Origin: Oopsacas minuta
Lineage: Eukaryota; Animalia; Porifera
DNA: 64,000 nucleotides
Assembly (NCBI GenBank): GCA_024704765.1
Contig: JAKMXF010000305.1
Location: 348,682-412,681 of the forward strand
Direction: 5' to 3'
Positions within the stretch are counted from its first letter, which is position 1, and each line of letters opens with the position of its first letter. Made by a program: the position numbers and the translations under genes. This document shows, in pieces, positions 36,689 to 50,699 of the stretch. The notes beneath the pieces were generated by a model. The model worked only from the letters and a program-made list of their open reading frames with translations. It made no database searches and was not told the DNA's origin.

Positions 36689-37092
36689 TACTTGAAAAAT
36701 TTGCCGCAATTAGAACTATTGATTTTGGCATTCTAATTGAACTGGTTAAAGCCTAAAATGTGATAGAGAATATTATCACAATTAGTCCCTAGAATTTGAT
36801 AGGTCACTACAAATTGACTCCTATCTAATAGAGCTTTTGAGATATTGTATAGAACTTTTGGATACATGCCAAATTTCAGGTTTCTAGCTCTTAACAATTC
36901 CTCAATCAATTCCGGACAAATACCAAAAACAAATCACCTACAAATAAATATTTCAGAGTATTCGGGACCTTTCATTATATAATTACAAATATTAGGTATG
37001 AGAATAGCGACAAAACGGCGTCTCAGTGCCCAAGTACTTAACTCAGTTCATCATTATTATACTTGTATAATCATATTCTTAGTAAATACAAA

Positions 37093-37149
37093 TTTGACCT
37101 TCCGTCGGTATTCGTACCTCGTCAATACAAACACCGACAGAAGGTCAAA
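37093..37149 (-). other. 24-bp stem / 9-nt loop hairpin
   Basis: TTTGACCTTCCGTCGGTATTCGTA-CCTCGTCAA-TACAAACACCGACAGAAGGTCAAA. It has three mismatches, all of which are G-U pairs on the minus strand. Confidence 0.85.
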
Positions 37150-38019
37150 ATTTGATCGTTTCATCCTGAATTAGTATAAACCGGAGGACAAGTAATACCA
37201 ACAGAATTACCATTGTAGAGACAGGATTATGTGTAATTTATGTTCGTTTTATCCAGATTTTTATATTAACAGTGTTGGTATCAACGAAGTTCCATTCAGG
37301 GTATTATCCAGGGCATATTCGGTACGCCTACAGGTACATAAATTTCGGCATATATTGATTGAAGATAGTTAAGAATTTAAGGTTACATCTACAATATGAT
37401 GTAGCGCTGATAATTTTGATTACATATTGAAACAAATACTACAAATTTAGAGAACAATTTTACATAACTCAATCCTACTCATACTATACATTGCATGGAT
37501 GCAGTAAGACTTTTAAAATTATGTTTTAATGGTTTCGAATAGGCTGAACCCGAATTTCATATGAAAAGTCGATTCAAAAGTATGAAAATACCTGAATTTC
37601 TCCTGGATTTCTCGATGCGTATTGAATCAGTCAATAAGAAATTACCAAGGTTGAAACAATTTCAAATGAATAATTATTTGCATAAATAGTTGATCAGAAA
37701 ATTATTCAGATGACCAACTACAGTCGAAATCATGATTCCTGTTGACTCCAAAATGCTCGCAAAAAAGAGTAAAAAGCCCGAAAGGCAAAATAACTCGTTT
37801 CAACCACTAAACCAATTTAGCTTCGAGGGTGAAACTCTGAAGCTTCACATTCATCGAATTAGTTTAAGCAGGAAAGAGAAAATAAATAAGTATAATAACT
37901 AAAAATATTTAATCGTTTTGATAAATGAAAATATCACCCTAATCTTGAATATAGATTACTTGAGAAATGAACGAGGGCAAATAGATAGTAGTCGCATGAT
38001 TCACTACACCGACATTACC

Positions 38020-38735
38020 AGAATCTGTCCTAAGCCCTAAGTGTTTGGAATCTGTCCTACAATTATTCCGAGTTCAGAATGTCTCATAAGCCTGAGTTCG
38101 GTATCTGTCTTATGAGTATTGCGAGTTCGGAATCTGTCCTAGGCCTGTGTTCGGTATCTGTCGTAAGATCCGTCCATTTTGTGAGTATCAGCTGGATTAT
38201 AGTGGGATTAAAGGAAATTCAGCCTTGATCATTAGACACTTCCAGCTAGTACAACAACCACAGCTACTACTAACAACGTAGAAGACTTGATATTCTTTCT
38301 TAAAAACAGGGGTGCTGTCATCCTATGACCCCCACCGGGGAGACTCCCAGATACAACACCACCTGGGGGGGGGGGGGAAATCCCAAGAACCCTGTAAAAG
38401 TACCACAAATCTCTCGCCCTTGAACAGAAACAAACTCCATCCGAACACAAATTTAGTTGAAATCCTGATACCTCGTCCCGCGCTCGGTGTCAAATAGCCC
38501 AAATAAAGCTCACAGACCCATCAGGTAGTGCACTACATCCACAGATCGGTCCAATTGCAACGGAGATTCCGCAGCTATAATCCAATCAAACACGACACAA
38601 GTTATCCAAATACTGTACCCAAATGCTAATCTTCTCCCCTAATGTAAATGAAAGACCCGGAATAATCGTAGGATAGATCCCGAACACAGGAGTAGGACAT
38701 ATTCCGAACTCAGGCGTAGGACAGATTCAGCTTTC
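38020..38735. mobile_element. Foldback-like element with inverted subterminal motif arrays
   Basis: About six copies of (GA/GT)GTTCGG(A/T)ATCTGTCCTA on the left (38020-38170) and two or three inverted copies on the right (38670-38735). Exact termini are unresolved. Confidence 0.55.
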
Positions 38736-40496
38736 CCATACATAGAGGCTAAATAACCCACCAGAAAATTATTAATTATATAGTATTAGGAAGAAACAAA
38801 CAATTTCCAGCAAGCAAAAACTGAATTTCGACTAAATTGGATAAATGACTATTCAGTTGACCAAACAAATTTGGCTGGCAAAAATATTGCTTTGACTAAG
38901 TATCTAAGTCTAATTCAAATATTGCAAAAAGAACAGTAGATTGTCTTAATGAGATATACAACATATGCTAGGATATTACGCATTCTGGATTTGCACACAT
39001 AGGTAAACATTATGAATAAAGTATCTAAGAATAGATAGTTCAAATTAGGACTTTCGTCACATCTATAATAAACACAAATGAAAAACATATTTAGATTAGT
39101 AGAATTTATTAGAAATGTAGTTTATCGAATTAAGTCACGTGTTCTAATATATGTTGAAACGAAATGACATATATATATAAACATTGTGTATCTGAACAAT
39201 ACAAACCAAAGATAGTCGAAATCGCTTTGTTGATAACCAGTTTTTCTTACTTTAAACTATGCAAAGAAATAGCAAGAAAAAACGGTTTCTACTGTAGTAT
39301 TGTGTGCAAGTAGATAGTGGAATATTGGCCTGAACATGCAAAGAAGCTAACAATGCTAATGGTGTCGACATGTATCGAAGCCCAAGCTCTATAAATACAA
39401 TCGACATAGCTTAAATGAATAAGGTAGTTAAAGCTAAATTGTCCCAATAACGAGGAAATCTTGATTAAGAGATTTCGTGTATTATTTTCACCTCTAAGCA
39501 AATTGGATAAAAACATACTGAGACGCAAATAGGCAAATTTTTTTAACTTTCCCATATTATTAATCAAATAATCATCACTATTTTGACTTTGCAGCCTATG
39601 TTGCAGACTTGTTACACATAACATCTTTACTAGGATTCTTTGAGAAAAAGAGTTGTTATAATAATAAATTGTGATATTTTGGATTATCAATTACAGTAGA
39701 ACCTGGGTAGTACGTACACTGTTAATACGAATTTCTGGGTAACACGAACAAATAATTACACTTAAAGGTCCATACAAGGCTTTCAATAGATATTGCTCCA
39801 GTTAATAAGTACTCTGGAAATGAAGTAGAAACTCGAAGGTGCGTTCGTGTACGTATTAACGAGTCTAGAAACAGGTGAAGCCTGATAAAATAATTAATAG
39901 GGCAAAAGATGCCTATTCCTGGCAATACTATACGAATACCAACAAAGTTGTGATAAAGAGACTGTAATCACAAGAAGAGATACTTATAAGTTGAATATAA
40001 CAAGGTTCAGATCCCTATCATAACATAATAGTATTGTAACATCCAATATATGATCCAAGGTTGCAACCAACTGATATGTGGTAAATTGAATAAATCGGAA
40101 TATTAAAAAATAAAAATTTTCCGATTGTATATGTGTCACAAATACCCAATTTTTCTCAAATATCTGAAATTTCTCAATCATTACTCTTAAAAATTGAAAA
40201 TAAACATCGCAGGTATTAGAATTTTGACATTTTGTAAGTCAGATATTGTGAGATTGTTATGTAATAGAGAAGATTCAGATTCGGAATCAGACAGAAATTG
40301 GTTCGAAAAATAAATATTTCACACTGGATGAGAAACAAAGTTATATTTTGTTGACCTGAGAATTTTCAGTAGTATTAAGTTTTGCCTCTAGAGCTATGAA
40401 ATAGCTGTTCCCAATTGTCTGTAATCTATTCGATTCGATATGGAACTATACAGTGAAAAATTACGATAATGAATTGTGGAAATAAATACAACTTAC

Positions 40497-40711
40497 CATC
40501 TGTAACACAACAGTCCTCAATGAAAAAAATAGATGATGAAAATGTTGTGAAATACTTTGCTCCCCTAAGGGGGAAAAATTAATCTCAATGCTATTCAGAT
40601 TATCAACACTATCACCGAATTTGGAATGCATAGAAAAATATAGGTCAGAAAATCCATGTTGTGGAATATCAAAGATTCTTCCGTGAATATCTCGAGGTAG
40701 CAATTGAATTC
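40497..40711 (-). CDS. DOCK: DOCK exon 3
   Basis: TTATTAG|GA acceptor and ATG|GTAAGT donor, 215 nt, phase 1 to 0. Joined to exon 2 it reads ELG-IQLLPRDIHGRIFD...HHLFFSLRTVVLQM, matching DOCK LDLVVRD..G.ILDP...LFVNLKNVVC. Confidence 0.85.
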
Positions 40712-41754
40712 CTAATAACGAGAATAGAATAACACGAGGGTTGTCACAAAAGTCCTGTTTACACCAAATTCCTGATTGAGTGATAAGATTACATATGATC
40801 TGATAATTACTAGCGCGCTACGCTTGCTAAGTCGCTGCGGAAGGGCAGAAATATACTCATGACTTTGTGACTAGATTTAGCCCATTTATGGATGCGAGCG
40901 ATTGAATTTTTAACCATCTAACTCTAACATAATACTGTGGTAGCTCACCAGAGGTGTGTATGTATGTGGGCGTATTGAAAGTTTGACTTCGGATCTGGTA
41001 TACAGGGAGTATAAGGCTTCAGAAAAAACTGATTGCACCATCCAGATATTGAATGTATGTATAAACCTAGGAGTTAATGTTAGTTGACATCGCTCAAACA
41101 AATTCTTACAATATTTTTCCTATCAAATATTTTCTATAGAATCACCTAGCTAATTAAATAGGTACCGACTTTATGAATTATCGAATTGTTTCTAGCATGA
41201 ATCACAATTAAAATAGAGTAATTCTGATCGCATTAATGATTTCTACGTATCTGAATTACACTGGGATCAAATATTCGAAAGGTTAACAAGAAAAGTGACT
41301 GATTCATCTACATATTTTCGTTCCACATCTGTCAAAAGTGGCACATATCAAATATCAAAGCGTGACTTAATAGGAAATAACAATTGTTGCAAAATAGAGT
41401 GGATCATAAGCCATATGTAAATAATTATAACTCCATCAAGTGATGCCTCAAAAAGCTCTCACATTATATCCCATGTGGTGCCAATATTATATTGATGTAC
41501 ACCATATGCCATATGTGAGACAAAAATACATTTGTCATTAACTCAGCCACCTTGTAATCTTTCGAAATATTTACCTTAGGGTAAGTCAGACTCATAATCC
41601 TCAAAAATGTAATAAGGAGTGGTCAACACAGTTACAATATGGCGCATAGGGCAATTTCAATCAAGAATAAAGGTAGGTTATTCTTTTTCACCATGGCGAT
41701 TTAATAGGAGAATAATTATGATAGCATAAATGACTATCCTTCATTGGCTCATCT

Positions 41755-41850
41755 CCTCAAAGGAGTCCATACACGACGTACACTGGGCTGAAGGGGGTGG
41801 AGTAGCTTGGAAGGTCCCATCAGCCAGTCACATCTTCCTTTGCTGAATCA
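41755..41850 (-). pseudogene. MULE catalytic-core fragment
   Basis: The minus strand reads *LADGTFQATPP, then frameshifts to ..Q.YVVYG, matching W.xDGTF...P..F.QLY.IHG. Confidence 0.6.
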
Positions 41851-42949
41851 TGGATAGAAATGATTTATTCATTTTTGAACAATAACCAGGCTCAGTTAAG
41901 GATTGATGATCATAACTTATACCGTTATCCGAGTTCACACCCTACGAAACTTTCTGGGAATGTAATTCCAAAAGTAAAAGGAACACAAAGTCATTAACAG
42001 ACAACTTTGTTGCTTAGGTGGATAGTTTTAGATAAAATCAAAGTGAAAATAACATTTTGTGTGAGAATAATAAATTAGATATGCTTCTCCCGCAAGATCA
42101 AATGAGTGCATTTATCAATTCCAAATTTATGTGTTGATATTGAGGGATTAAAAGCAGTCTATACTAATAGTATAAATAGAACAGTGCCAGATCCAAACAT
42201 TTTTGCAAGGGGGCGGGCAGCTAGAGTTGTTTGCTATGTAAGGTGGGGCACTCATGATCTATGAGGGATACCATGATCAAAGAGGGCAAATGCCCCTAGC
42301 CCCCTAAATAAACCCTGTAGAATGAACGTGTGAAATAGAAATTTCACCCGAGTTGCTTCGTAAACATAATGAATTACTTTTGAAAACAGAGATATATATT
42401 AATTGACAATTTCTTTTTGAGATTGGTGAATGGAATAGTATATACCCAATCTATCTACAAGTAGATAAATGTTGAAATTAAATTGGATAGTTATGGTAAG
42501 TAATAAATTTCCAAAATATCAATCTTGTGTTTTCAAATGAGTTTAAAGTCGTCCAATAGCAAAACAAATGTATCCTACGTTCGAGCATGCTCTGAATGCA
42601 TATTCTAAAATTCTTACATGTCGACGAGCAAAAATTCGAATACCATCACAAACAATATAATCTGCTAAACAAAACTATTCAGCCATATCTAAAATACCCA
42701 TACAAAATACTATAGTGAGTCAATTATTGATAAATAATCAATAAGTAAACATTATGATTCAGAGTATATCCGGCATCAAAATTGCAATCTACATATTTTG
42801 GTGTATCAGTTTTAAGATTTCTATCAAATAATATCAAATAAGTCTGAATTTATAACGGGAGTGGATATAGATTAGAGTTGGGCATTGATTCATCGCCCGG
42901 GATGGAATCAGCACACAGGAAATGCTTGATGTTAACAGCAACTTTAAAA

Positions 42950-43660
42950 TTAGTATTTATATTGGAGAATTTACTTATTAATAGACAAAACATACTCTTT
43001 AAAGATTGGAGCTTTGAGCAGGGATGGAAACAATAAAACGTAATTCTAGGAATATCTCGCTGGATACTACTAAATACTAACTATATGACCATAGCTATCA
43101 AACAGTAGCTGTTAATGGCAACTAACTTGCTATTGACTGTGTAGTTCAACAAGAACTGGGGAATTTGGAAGGGATTTTGCCTAAAGATTTATTTGCTGTA
43201 GGTATGGCTGTTAACAGTTAACAGCATTTCTTTAATCGTTCATAGACATGTATTGTATTGAATAAATTATATTTTTAGATAGTTATTGGAAAATTGTTAA
43301 TTCAGAAGGGATTAACTGATTGTCATTTTGTCCCGCTGATGGAATCGATAGGTTGAGTTAAAACTTGAGAAAAACATTTAGAAATGATAAACCGCTAAAG
43401 AATGCAATGCTACATGTCCTTGAAGCAATTCTAAGAAATGATAAGAGGAGAGATATGAATAGAATCTGGATGTTACTGTGTAATGTTATATCTATTGGGA
43501 GATTCACTGAAATAGGTAATCACAGTTGTGTAGAGATAAAAGATTACATACTGGTAAGATGGAATTAGACCACAGGTGTTACTCACTCAGTTGATGGCGT
43601 AGAATTATACCAGACTTGGATGTAATTAAAGAATGTTTGGATAATTAATTTGGTTGCCAA
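42950..43660 (+). pseudogene. Possible CR1/L2-like LINE 3' relic
   Basis: Weak motifs VNGN*L...QQELG and VRWN*...V..S..VE...LKNVW only. Confidence 0.3.
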
Positions 43661-43713
43661 ATGGACATCTCATTTGAAAGCTGTTATATCTATATGTAAA
43701 ATAGTATCACAGA

Positions 43714-44428
43714 CTCCATTTAGTAAGGACTGTAGGCGCTTGAACTCGGGTCCTGAAGCCTGGGTCCATTAGAAGATATTGGAAGTTCTATAGTTTCAAA
43801 ATGCCACGTTTTGTCAGAATAAATGTATTACATAATTATAGAATTATATCACATCAATCCCAAACGTAATACTTTTGTTGAAATATATGAAACTTTTAGT
43901 TCAAAAAGTATTATTGGGTGTAAATGTGCACATCTTTGACACGCAGTAGAACAGCGTTCTCATAGTGAGTAGAAATGTCGCATCAAAATGTATTATTAGG
44001 GTATGGGATGACGAATATATAGCAGGTTTTTTTGGAAGTATCAGGCGCAAGTATAAACATTTTTAGTAGATATGCCATCTAATGTACACAGAAAATTTTC
44101 AATATTTAGGAAGCTAAATGTTAATATTTCGCATAAAAATATCATTAGATCATTGAGTATGAATTCTGAAATCATATTTGTAGAATTAATCATTCTACGG
44201 GGTGTCAAAGATGGACACATTTACGCCAAAATGCTAATTAAGCCCAAATTTAAGACTTTTCGACAAAAATTTGAATTTTGGGATTGGTGAAATATATTTC
44301 TATAAATATATAATACATCTATTTAGATTAAAACCGGACACTTTGGAATTATAGAACTTAAATTTACATTAATGGACACATACTTCAGGAGCCGAGTTCG
44401 AGCGCCTACAAGTACTTATTTAAGGGAG
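43714..44428. mobile_element. MITE with ~100-bp imperfect TIRs
   Basis: Left CTCCATTTAGTAAGGACTGTAGGCGCTTGAACTCGGGTCCTGAAG... matches the reverse complement of the right end CTCCCTTAAATAAGTACTTGTAGGCGCTCGAACTCGGCTCCTGAAG...; TA on the right flank. Confidence 0.75.
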
Positions 44429-44989
44429 TATGAATGGTATGAACATCGTGATGTAGATTCAAAATCCGAGCGATTATTATTAGATCCACACAATAGTGTT
44501 TAAACATAGCTTATGAAAATGTATTACAATGGTATGTGAAGTTGGGTTGTGGTACATATTGGATGGATTGATATGATTAAAACTCTCGCGAAAATCGAGG
44601 TATAAGGGAGATTGGCCACAAAATGTTGGAATCTAGTAAAACTCAATAATGTGATGATGTTTATTCATAAAATATAAAATTCATATTGTATATACCAAAA
44701 TCCTCATATCACTTGATATTAAACCAGAAATCAAAGACGCACTCATGATAGTTTATCACAGCTGTAAAATGGGGAAATTCTTAACAACATATTGCACTTT
44801 GACCAAATAGATGACGTCGTTGCGAACTGGGAAATTTGGATCACATGACTTGTACTGATTATTATCTATCAATAATACTTGTTTTCGAGCCAAAATGTAC
44901 CAATTCGATATTATTGAGAATATAAAGTGACTTACGAAAGTTACTAGGCTTGAAAATAAGGTAAGTTAAGAGGCAATAGTTAAGTGGGT

Positions 44990-45412
44990 TGTGTATATGT
45001 TTGTATGTTCAGAATTGATTGAAGAAACTGTCAGACCACAAGGCCTGATTTGGAATACAGTGGTACTTGGGATATGGATAGGACAAGTTCGAGTGTTGGA
45101 CAAAAGTAACACATCTATGACGAAATTATTACCTAGATGTCACCTTATTCCGAAAAATCACATTATTAGTAATTGTTAAGCCAATATACATGATAGTGGT
45201 GAAATTTGCATCATTGGTCAATAAATGAAATTTGGAAGGACCATGGGTAATAAAAATCTGAATTTCCGCATAAGATAAACTCGAGACACATAGTGCGGGA
45301 GAATCCGGTCGTGTAGCGACCAAAAGCATCAAGAAAATAAATTGTTGAAAACATAAGCCAAGCAGAGGCACAAAGCTGTCGCATAGCTACCTAGCATGCG
45401 AAGCGAGCTAGT
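44990..45412 (+). repeat. Helitron-like non-autonomous family, copy 1
   Basis: Starts TATGTTTGTATGTTCAGAATTGATTGAAGAAACT and ends with GC-rich CTAGCATGCGAAGCGAGCTAGT. No TIR or TSD. Homologous to 50700-51298, 55800-56216 and 61085-61670. Confidence 0.6.
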
Positions 45413-45668
45413 AGATAGTACTATATCAGACATGTTAGCAGCATTTTCATTGTTTGTGCAACTTTCGGAAAATGTCCCTCTATAGTACTGTTTAGATTAG
45501 CACGGTGTAGTGTATATAATTATATCCGGCATTGTATAAGCGCTGGTTATCATGCATACTGTGCACTATGAAATAAACCGTGATTAGGTAAACATTATCA
45601 TTGATCTAAAACATTGGATATAAATCAGACGGCTCCTGGTGGAAAGGAAGTAAATAAAGGTATTATAC

Positions 45669-45926
45669 CTAATTCACGGTTACCAGACTCCATTTTATCA
45701 ATAATAGCCTCTCTCAGAATCTTCTTTTGATTGAATGTTAAGTTAGTTTTCAGCAAATTTTTTCTATTCTGAAATAAAGAATTCATGATGTCCGTACAAT
45801 GAGAAAATGCCTGAATTTCTCCATTGAAAAATAGATTCTTCCTTATTGCTGCCCAATACCTCAAACTTTCTGCAGCTTCATGTACTACAGGATCTTCATT
45901 CAAAACAATAGCAGCCTCTTCAGTTC
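45669..45926 (-). CDS. DOCK: DOCK exon 2 (helical N-terminal region)
   Basis: TTTAG|GAACT acceptor and TTAG|GTATAA donor, 258 nt, phase 1 to 1. Peptide EDPVVHEAAESLRYWAAIRKNLF...KKILREAIIDKMESGNRELG aligns with DOCK PLxQExTxTLREW..IW..LY...KIDYGN.IL. Confidence 0.88.
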
Positions 45927-48812
45927 CTAAATCATGTATATGAGTATTATCCCATGGAAAATAAGAAAAATCAAGGGCATTATTCACTAAACTACTCAAA
46001 CTTAGTATTCCTAAAACTAAGTAAATCTTAGTTAATTATTTTTTAGTGAAGCTAAGTAAACAGAGTTATAGTAAGTAATTTTGAAGATTAGAGAGCAAAA
46101 TACGTTGGTGTTCACTAACGAAACTAAAAAAGCTGTCTTAATTATGCATTCTTCGGGATTAGATGGCAAAAACTAAATTCGGAATTACTGAAGAATACTA
46201 GGTCAAATTGAGTTATAATACTTTTATTTAGAAAATTTGTTTATTGTTTCACCAAAGTGATTGGGATCTTCAAGTCAGACTTTTGTTGAACCTAGATACA
46301 GTGGTGTTTGAGAAGGGGAAGCGCCCCGAAACAACTTTCCTTGGCCCATTTTCAACGAGGTTTATGAGAAAAGGATAAACTTGAATGGGGGTGAGATATA
46401 AATCGAGAGTAAATACACAAAGACTTTATGATAGAGAGCATAATAGATTATTAAATGAATTACTAGTTTCACATCTGGAACTATTTCGAAAACTGGCACG
46501 ACTGGCGGTATTTTATAATTATTTTTATAGGCCAGCTAATAGATAAAATAATTTCACCCTTCTATTATCACGCCAATTCTCTCTGTGCATTAAAAATATT
46601 GAATTTTCAACTATCAATTAGTAAAATGTGGATTGCAATTGTGGCTACACAATTGTCCTTAAATTTGGAAAAAATACAAATATGTTACTTCATATGGCCT
46701 TATTCAAGTACCTAAGTTTAGAAATATACAGGTTTTGGAAAGGATATAAATTTACCCTTGGTCAAATTGTTCCTACATGCTGAGTGTATAAAATAGTGGC
46801 ATAATTCGAAATGTCAATTTTATAGTTTCTCATATGGAAAATTATTGTTGTTTTTATGATTATAAAGTAAACATATTAACCAAACCTCAAAATATACGTA
46901 CAGCCTTGCTCTAAACGGCTACCTGGGGTAATTGAGTACCCTGAGTCCGAATTTGGTATTGTAAACAATATTATGTGAATATTTGTTTACTTCTGGGTAC
47001 ATAAGTAAACAAATTACAAATTGAGGTAGAATGATACTTTCAACGACTATACTGGTACCCACGATATGTTGAGTCTGAATATTGTCAACAACATCAATAT
47101 TAGTAAATCTCAATTGTTGTTTGTTTATTTGTCCATTGAATACCTCGAAGCACAATGCGCCGAGTTCATCGCGAAGCGACGAACCAAAGGCTTGTATTGA
47201 ATATACTTAGATTCTCATGACACTATAAGTATTGAATATCATAGGAAACTGCACAAATTTGGATTTTTGCGTATATTTCAATTATACAATAATAGGGTAT
47301 TTAGGTCGTAACTAGCACTGAGCAAGAGGAGGCAGTTGATTCCTCGCTCTTTCGGTCGTTGCCTCGTCCCTCCATTGTAATCGCCAATATATTGAGGCTA
47401 TTATTCATTCTTTCCTCCCCGCTCTGCGATGTCTTGTTACGCCCAAGTAATAACTATATAGAGAGCATACTCAATGACTGTATAGGATTCATATAGAAGT
47501 CAAATTTCACTTGGGTATAACATTACATTGATAGAAAAATAATCATGAGAACAAGTTATTCCCAAAGTGAGTACTGTTCAAAAACATAAAAATAGGGAAT
47601 CATGGGATAACCAAAGTCCAATTGCCCATCTTCATTGAACTATGCACATGCATCTTATTCGCAATTTATATATCGAATTCTCTTTTATCGAGCAGGTATT
47701 GCCTAAATACAGTACATCACCATGATACTAACAAATACCAGTATGCAATAAAAAGAATTCAAGAAATTGTGAAAACCCAAATCTGGTGAATCAATCATTT
47801 TATTTCATTTTCAAGAACAGGAGGCAGAGATTAATATGTGTATAGCATTATCGCATTATTATTTCTAGGAAATCTTGCACTCTAGCTTTATTAAAGTGGA
47901 ATCGGAAAGTACGAGGGTGATAACGGAGTTCCCAGAGGAATGCAAGGAGTACCGAACCAGGGAGCGCACTTAACATTTAATCCAGAAAACTACTGAAGGG
48001 AGCCATAGATGACCTAGTGGCGATCACAGCCACCGATAGACCCATGAGCGGTCCACCCGAAAGCTGGTTAAATCAACATTCCAGTGTGAAATTTTAATCC
48101 TCACTTGTAACCAAAGGAGGCTGCAACTGAAGGCGTTTCAGAAGACACACATTAGCAGTGGAAAAAGTCCACATGGGCAGAAGTGGTAGTGCTTAGTGAA
48201 CAAGCAGCAAACAAACGGGTATCTAACACTAATCCCTCTAATACACTCAACAAGGCATACACTGAAAGACATTTAAGCTAAAGGGAAAACCCTATACAAT
48301 AGATAAATACCACAGAGCACCAGCACCAACTAGAAATAACCAAACAAACCAGCAGGAGTACGCTCAAGCTTGAAACAGAACAAACTATTGTGTATGCGCC
48401 AGTCTGCTTGATGCAGATTACACCCAAAGGTAGTGCACACCGCACCATGGATGCATCGATGAAGATACACCATGTAGCCAGGGTAACGCCCTTTCTCCAT
48501 AGGATGGACCCGAAGGTCATTCATTTGTTTACCTGTTGCAAATACAAAGTGTGGCAAAAATGGCGATTATGGGTAATATGTACTTACACAGAAGATATTT
48601 GTATATGTTAAAATGTTGTCAAATATAGTAAATCGACTCTGTAGATTTCAAAAATAGCACCAGATTTTCAGTTACACTGCTGGAAATGGGGTGTTTTCAT
48701 GTAATTCATAATTATGGTTCAATAATAAATGGGTTATAAATATTGATAAACTTGAATAACAATGAGTATACGGAATTAAATTCCCTATTAGACACTTCAG
48801 AAAATGACAATA

Positions 48813-49497
48813 CAGTGGAAACCGCTTAATCGGGACGGCTCGGGAGTCAATGTTTTGTCTCGAATAACCGATTGTCCCGATTAACCGATTAACCGATTAT
48901 GATTATTGAAGTATTCAAAAGTAGTTTTTCATTGTCACATGACCAGATATATCGTATTTCTCTATTACTAATCCTGATTTATCTAGGAAGAAAATATAGC
49001 TAAATGCTTATGCATGTGCTTATTACAGCAACCCATGCAAAACGTTTGGATATCCAACAGTGTGGTCATTATTGAGGGAATTATACACGGTGGAATAGCC
49101 AATGGAACCTGAAGCGAGTGAGCAATGTTAATAATCTTAGTTTAGTAAATGGTAATTACATCGGTGTTGTATTGTTATAGTTGTAGAGAATATTCAAATT
49201 CCTAGTTTTACACCAAACCATTCTACAAAGATTCTGAATAAATATACAATCGTTAAATTGGGATAGAAATCCCAATTAAGCGAATACAATTAATATCCGG
49301 TTAATCGGGATAAGAAATCCTGAATAACCGATTATGAACTTACAAATATTCGGGTAATCGGGATAAAAAATCCCGATTAACCGATTCAATGTCCCAATTA
49401 TCCGACGATTTTTCTATGTAAAAAATCTGTCCCAAACCATTGTCCCGTTTAAGCGGACATCCCGATTATCCGAGTCCCGATTAAGCGGCTTCCACTG
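48813..49497. mobile_element. pogo/Tigger-type MITE
   Basis: TIRs CAGTGGAAACCGCTTAATCGGGAC / GTCCCGATTAAGCGGCTTCCACTG, TA flanks and many internal CCCGATT/AACCGAT motifs. Confidence 0.88.
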
Positions 49498-50699
49498 TAA
49501 TGAATTAGAAATATTAAAAACGAAAATTAAAATTTTAACATGTTAAAAATAGCCTATAGTTTGAGACTTTGGTTAGACATGTCACAAGTTAGTTACGTAA
49601 CAAATAATACCTCTAGGTCTGAAATAGTGTAGAATAGAATGCACACATTCATTTAAGTAAAAGCAAAGTCAATATATATACTATTACCTCATAATTCCAC
49701 ACTGTGAAAAATAGTTGCTATTTTGGTTGGCCATGATAAGGTAAAGAAAATATTGGGTTCATTTGAAGAATAATTAAATTTTAGTTTATTGCCAAAAAAA
49801 TTGATTTGATTTGCCAAAATAGTTGAATTTACTTGCATAATAAGATTGTACTCAATGATCATAATATAGACTAGAGCGCTTCGCTGGCTAGGTCGCTGCA
49901 CGAAAGTTTAGTGCACAAGTTAGCATAATTATCAAACAGCAATAAAATTCATAGTGCATTAGGTCGCTAAACGACGAATATACCTGAGTGTATAAAGTAG
50001 CATATATATTAAGGTCATACTAACCATATCTATCCAAAGAATAACTAATGGCCTACCGTGATCACACTGGTCCTAATACACAGCTTTTGGTTTGTAACTA
50101 CGGCACTTCGTACCTCGGCTATTAAGAAATTCTGAAATTCAATCAGAATTGGAAAATGAGTATATTTTCCAAAGCCAAGATGGCGTAATAATTCAGCGAT
50201 GACTTAGCTTGGATGGTATTAGGGCATTTGACATATCGAGGGGTACCTGTGAATTGAATCTCCACAATCTAACATCTATATTTGCTGAGGTGTGGCTAAT
50301 AATGTTATTTGTTGAAATTCCAAAAAGGTAGCAATTACGTCATAATTTTGTTCTTGGTTTAGATTTTGTTCCAATATTAAACAAGTCAGAGCCAGAGCCA
50401 GACACAAGTTACCCCCGTATGCAAAAAGTCGGCCCGGGGGGTATTCCAGTTTCCTCAATTAATTCCGAACATCAAAAGTACAATTACTATGGATAAAGAT
50501 ACATACCAATAGAGATTAAACGCGTATACATAGTATAGACGTTGCTACAAAATCGTAGTAAAAGACCCTGCTAAAAATTTGCATTATATTAGTATGTTGT
50601 TAGGAATAAAAACCCAAAAAATTATTAGTGCAGTTAGTATATCAATACATTTATGCCTACAAAAATAACTATGGGATCTATTTTTTTTTAATATGATAC

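Noticed and set aside
38364-38377. Long G run as a functional G-quadruplex
   Set aside because: A single homopolymer inside a repeat element with unreliable length, and nothing supports a function.
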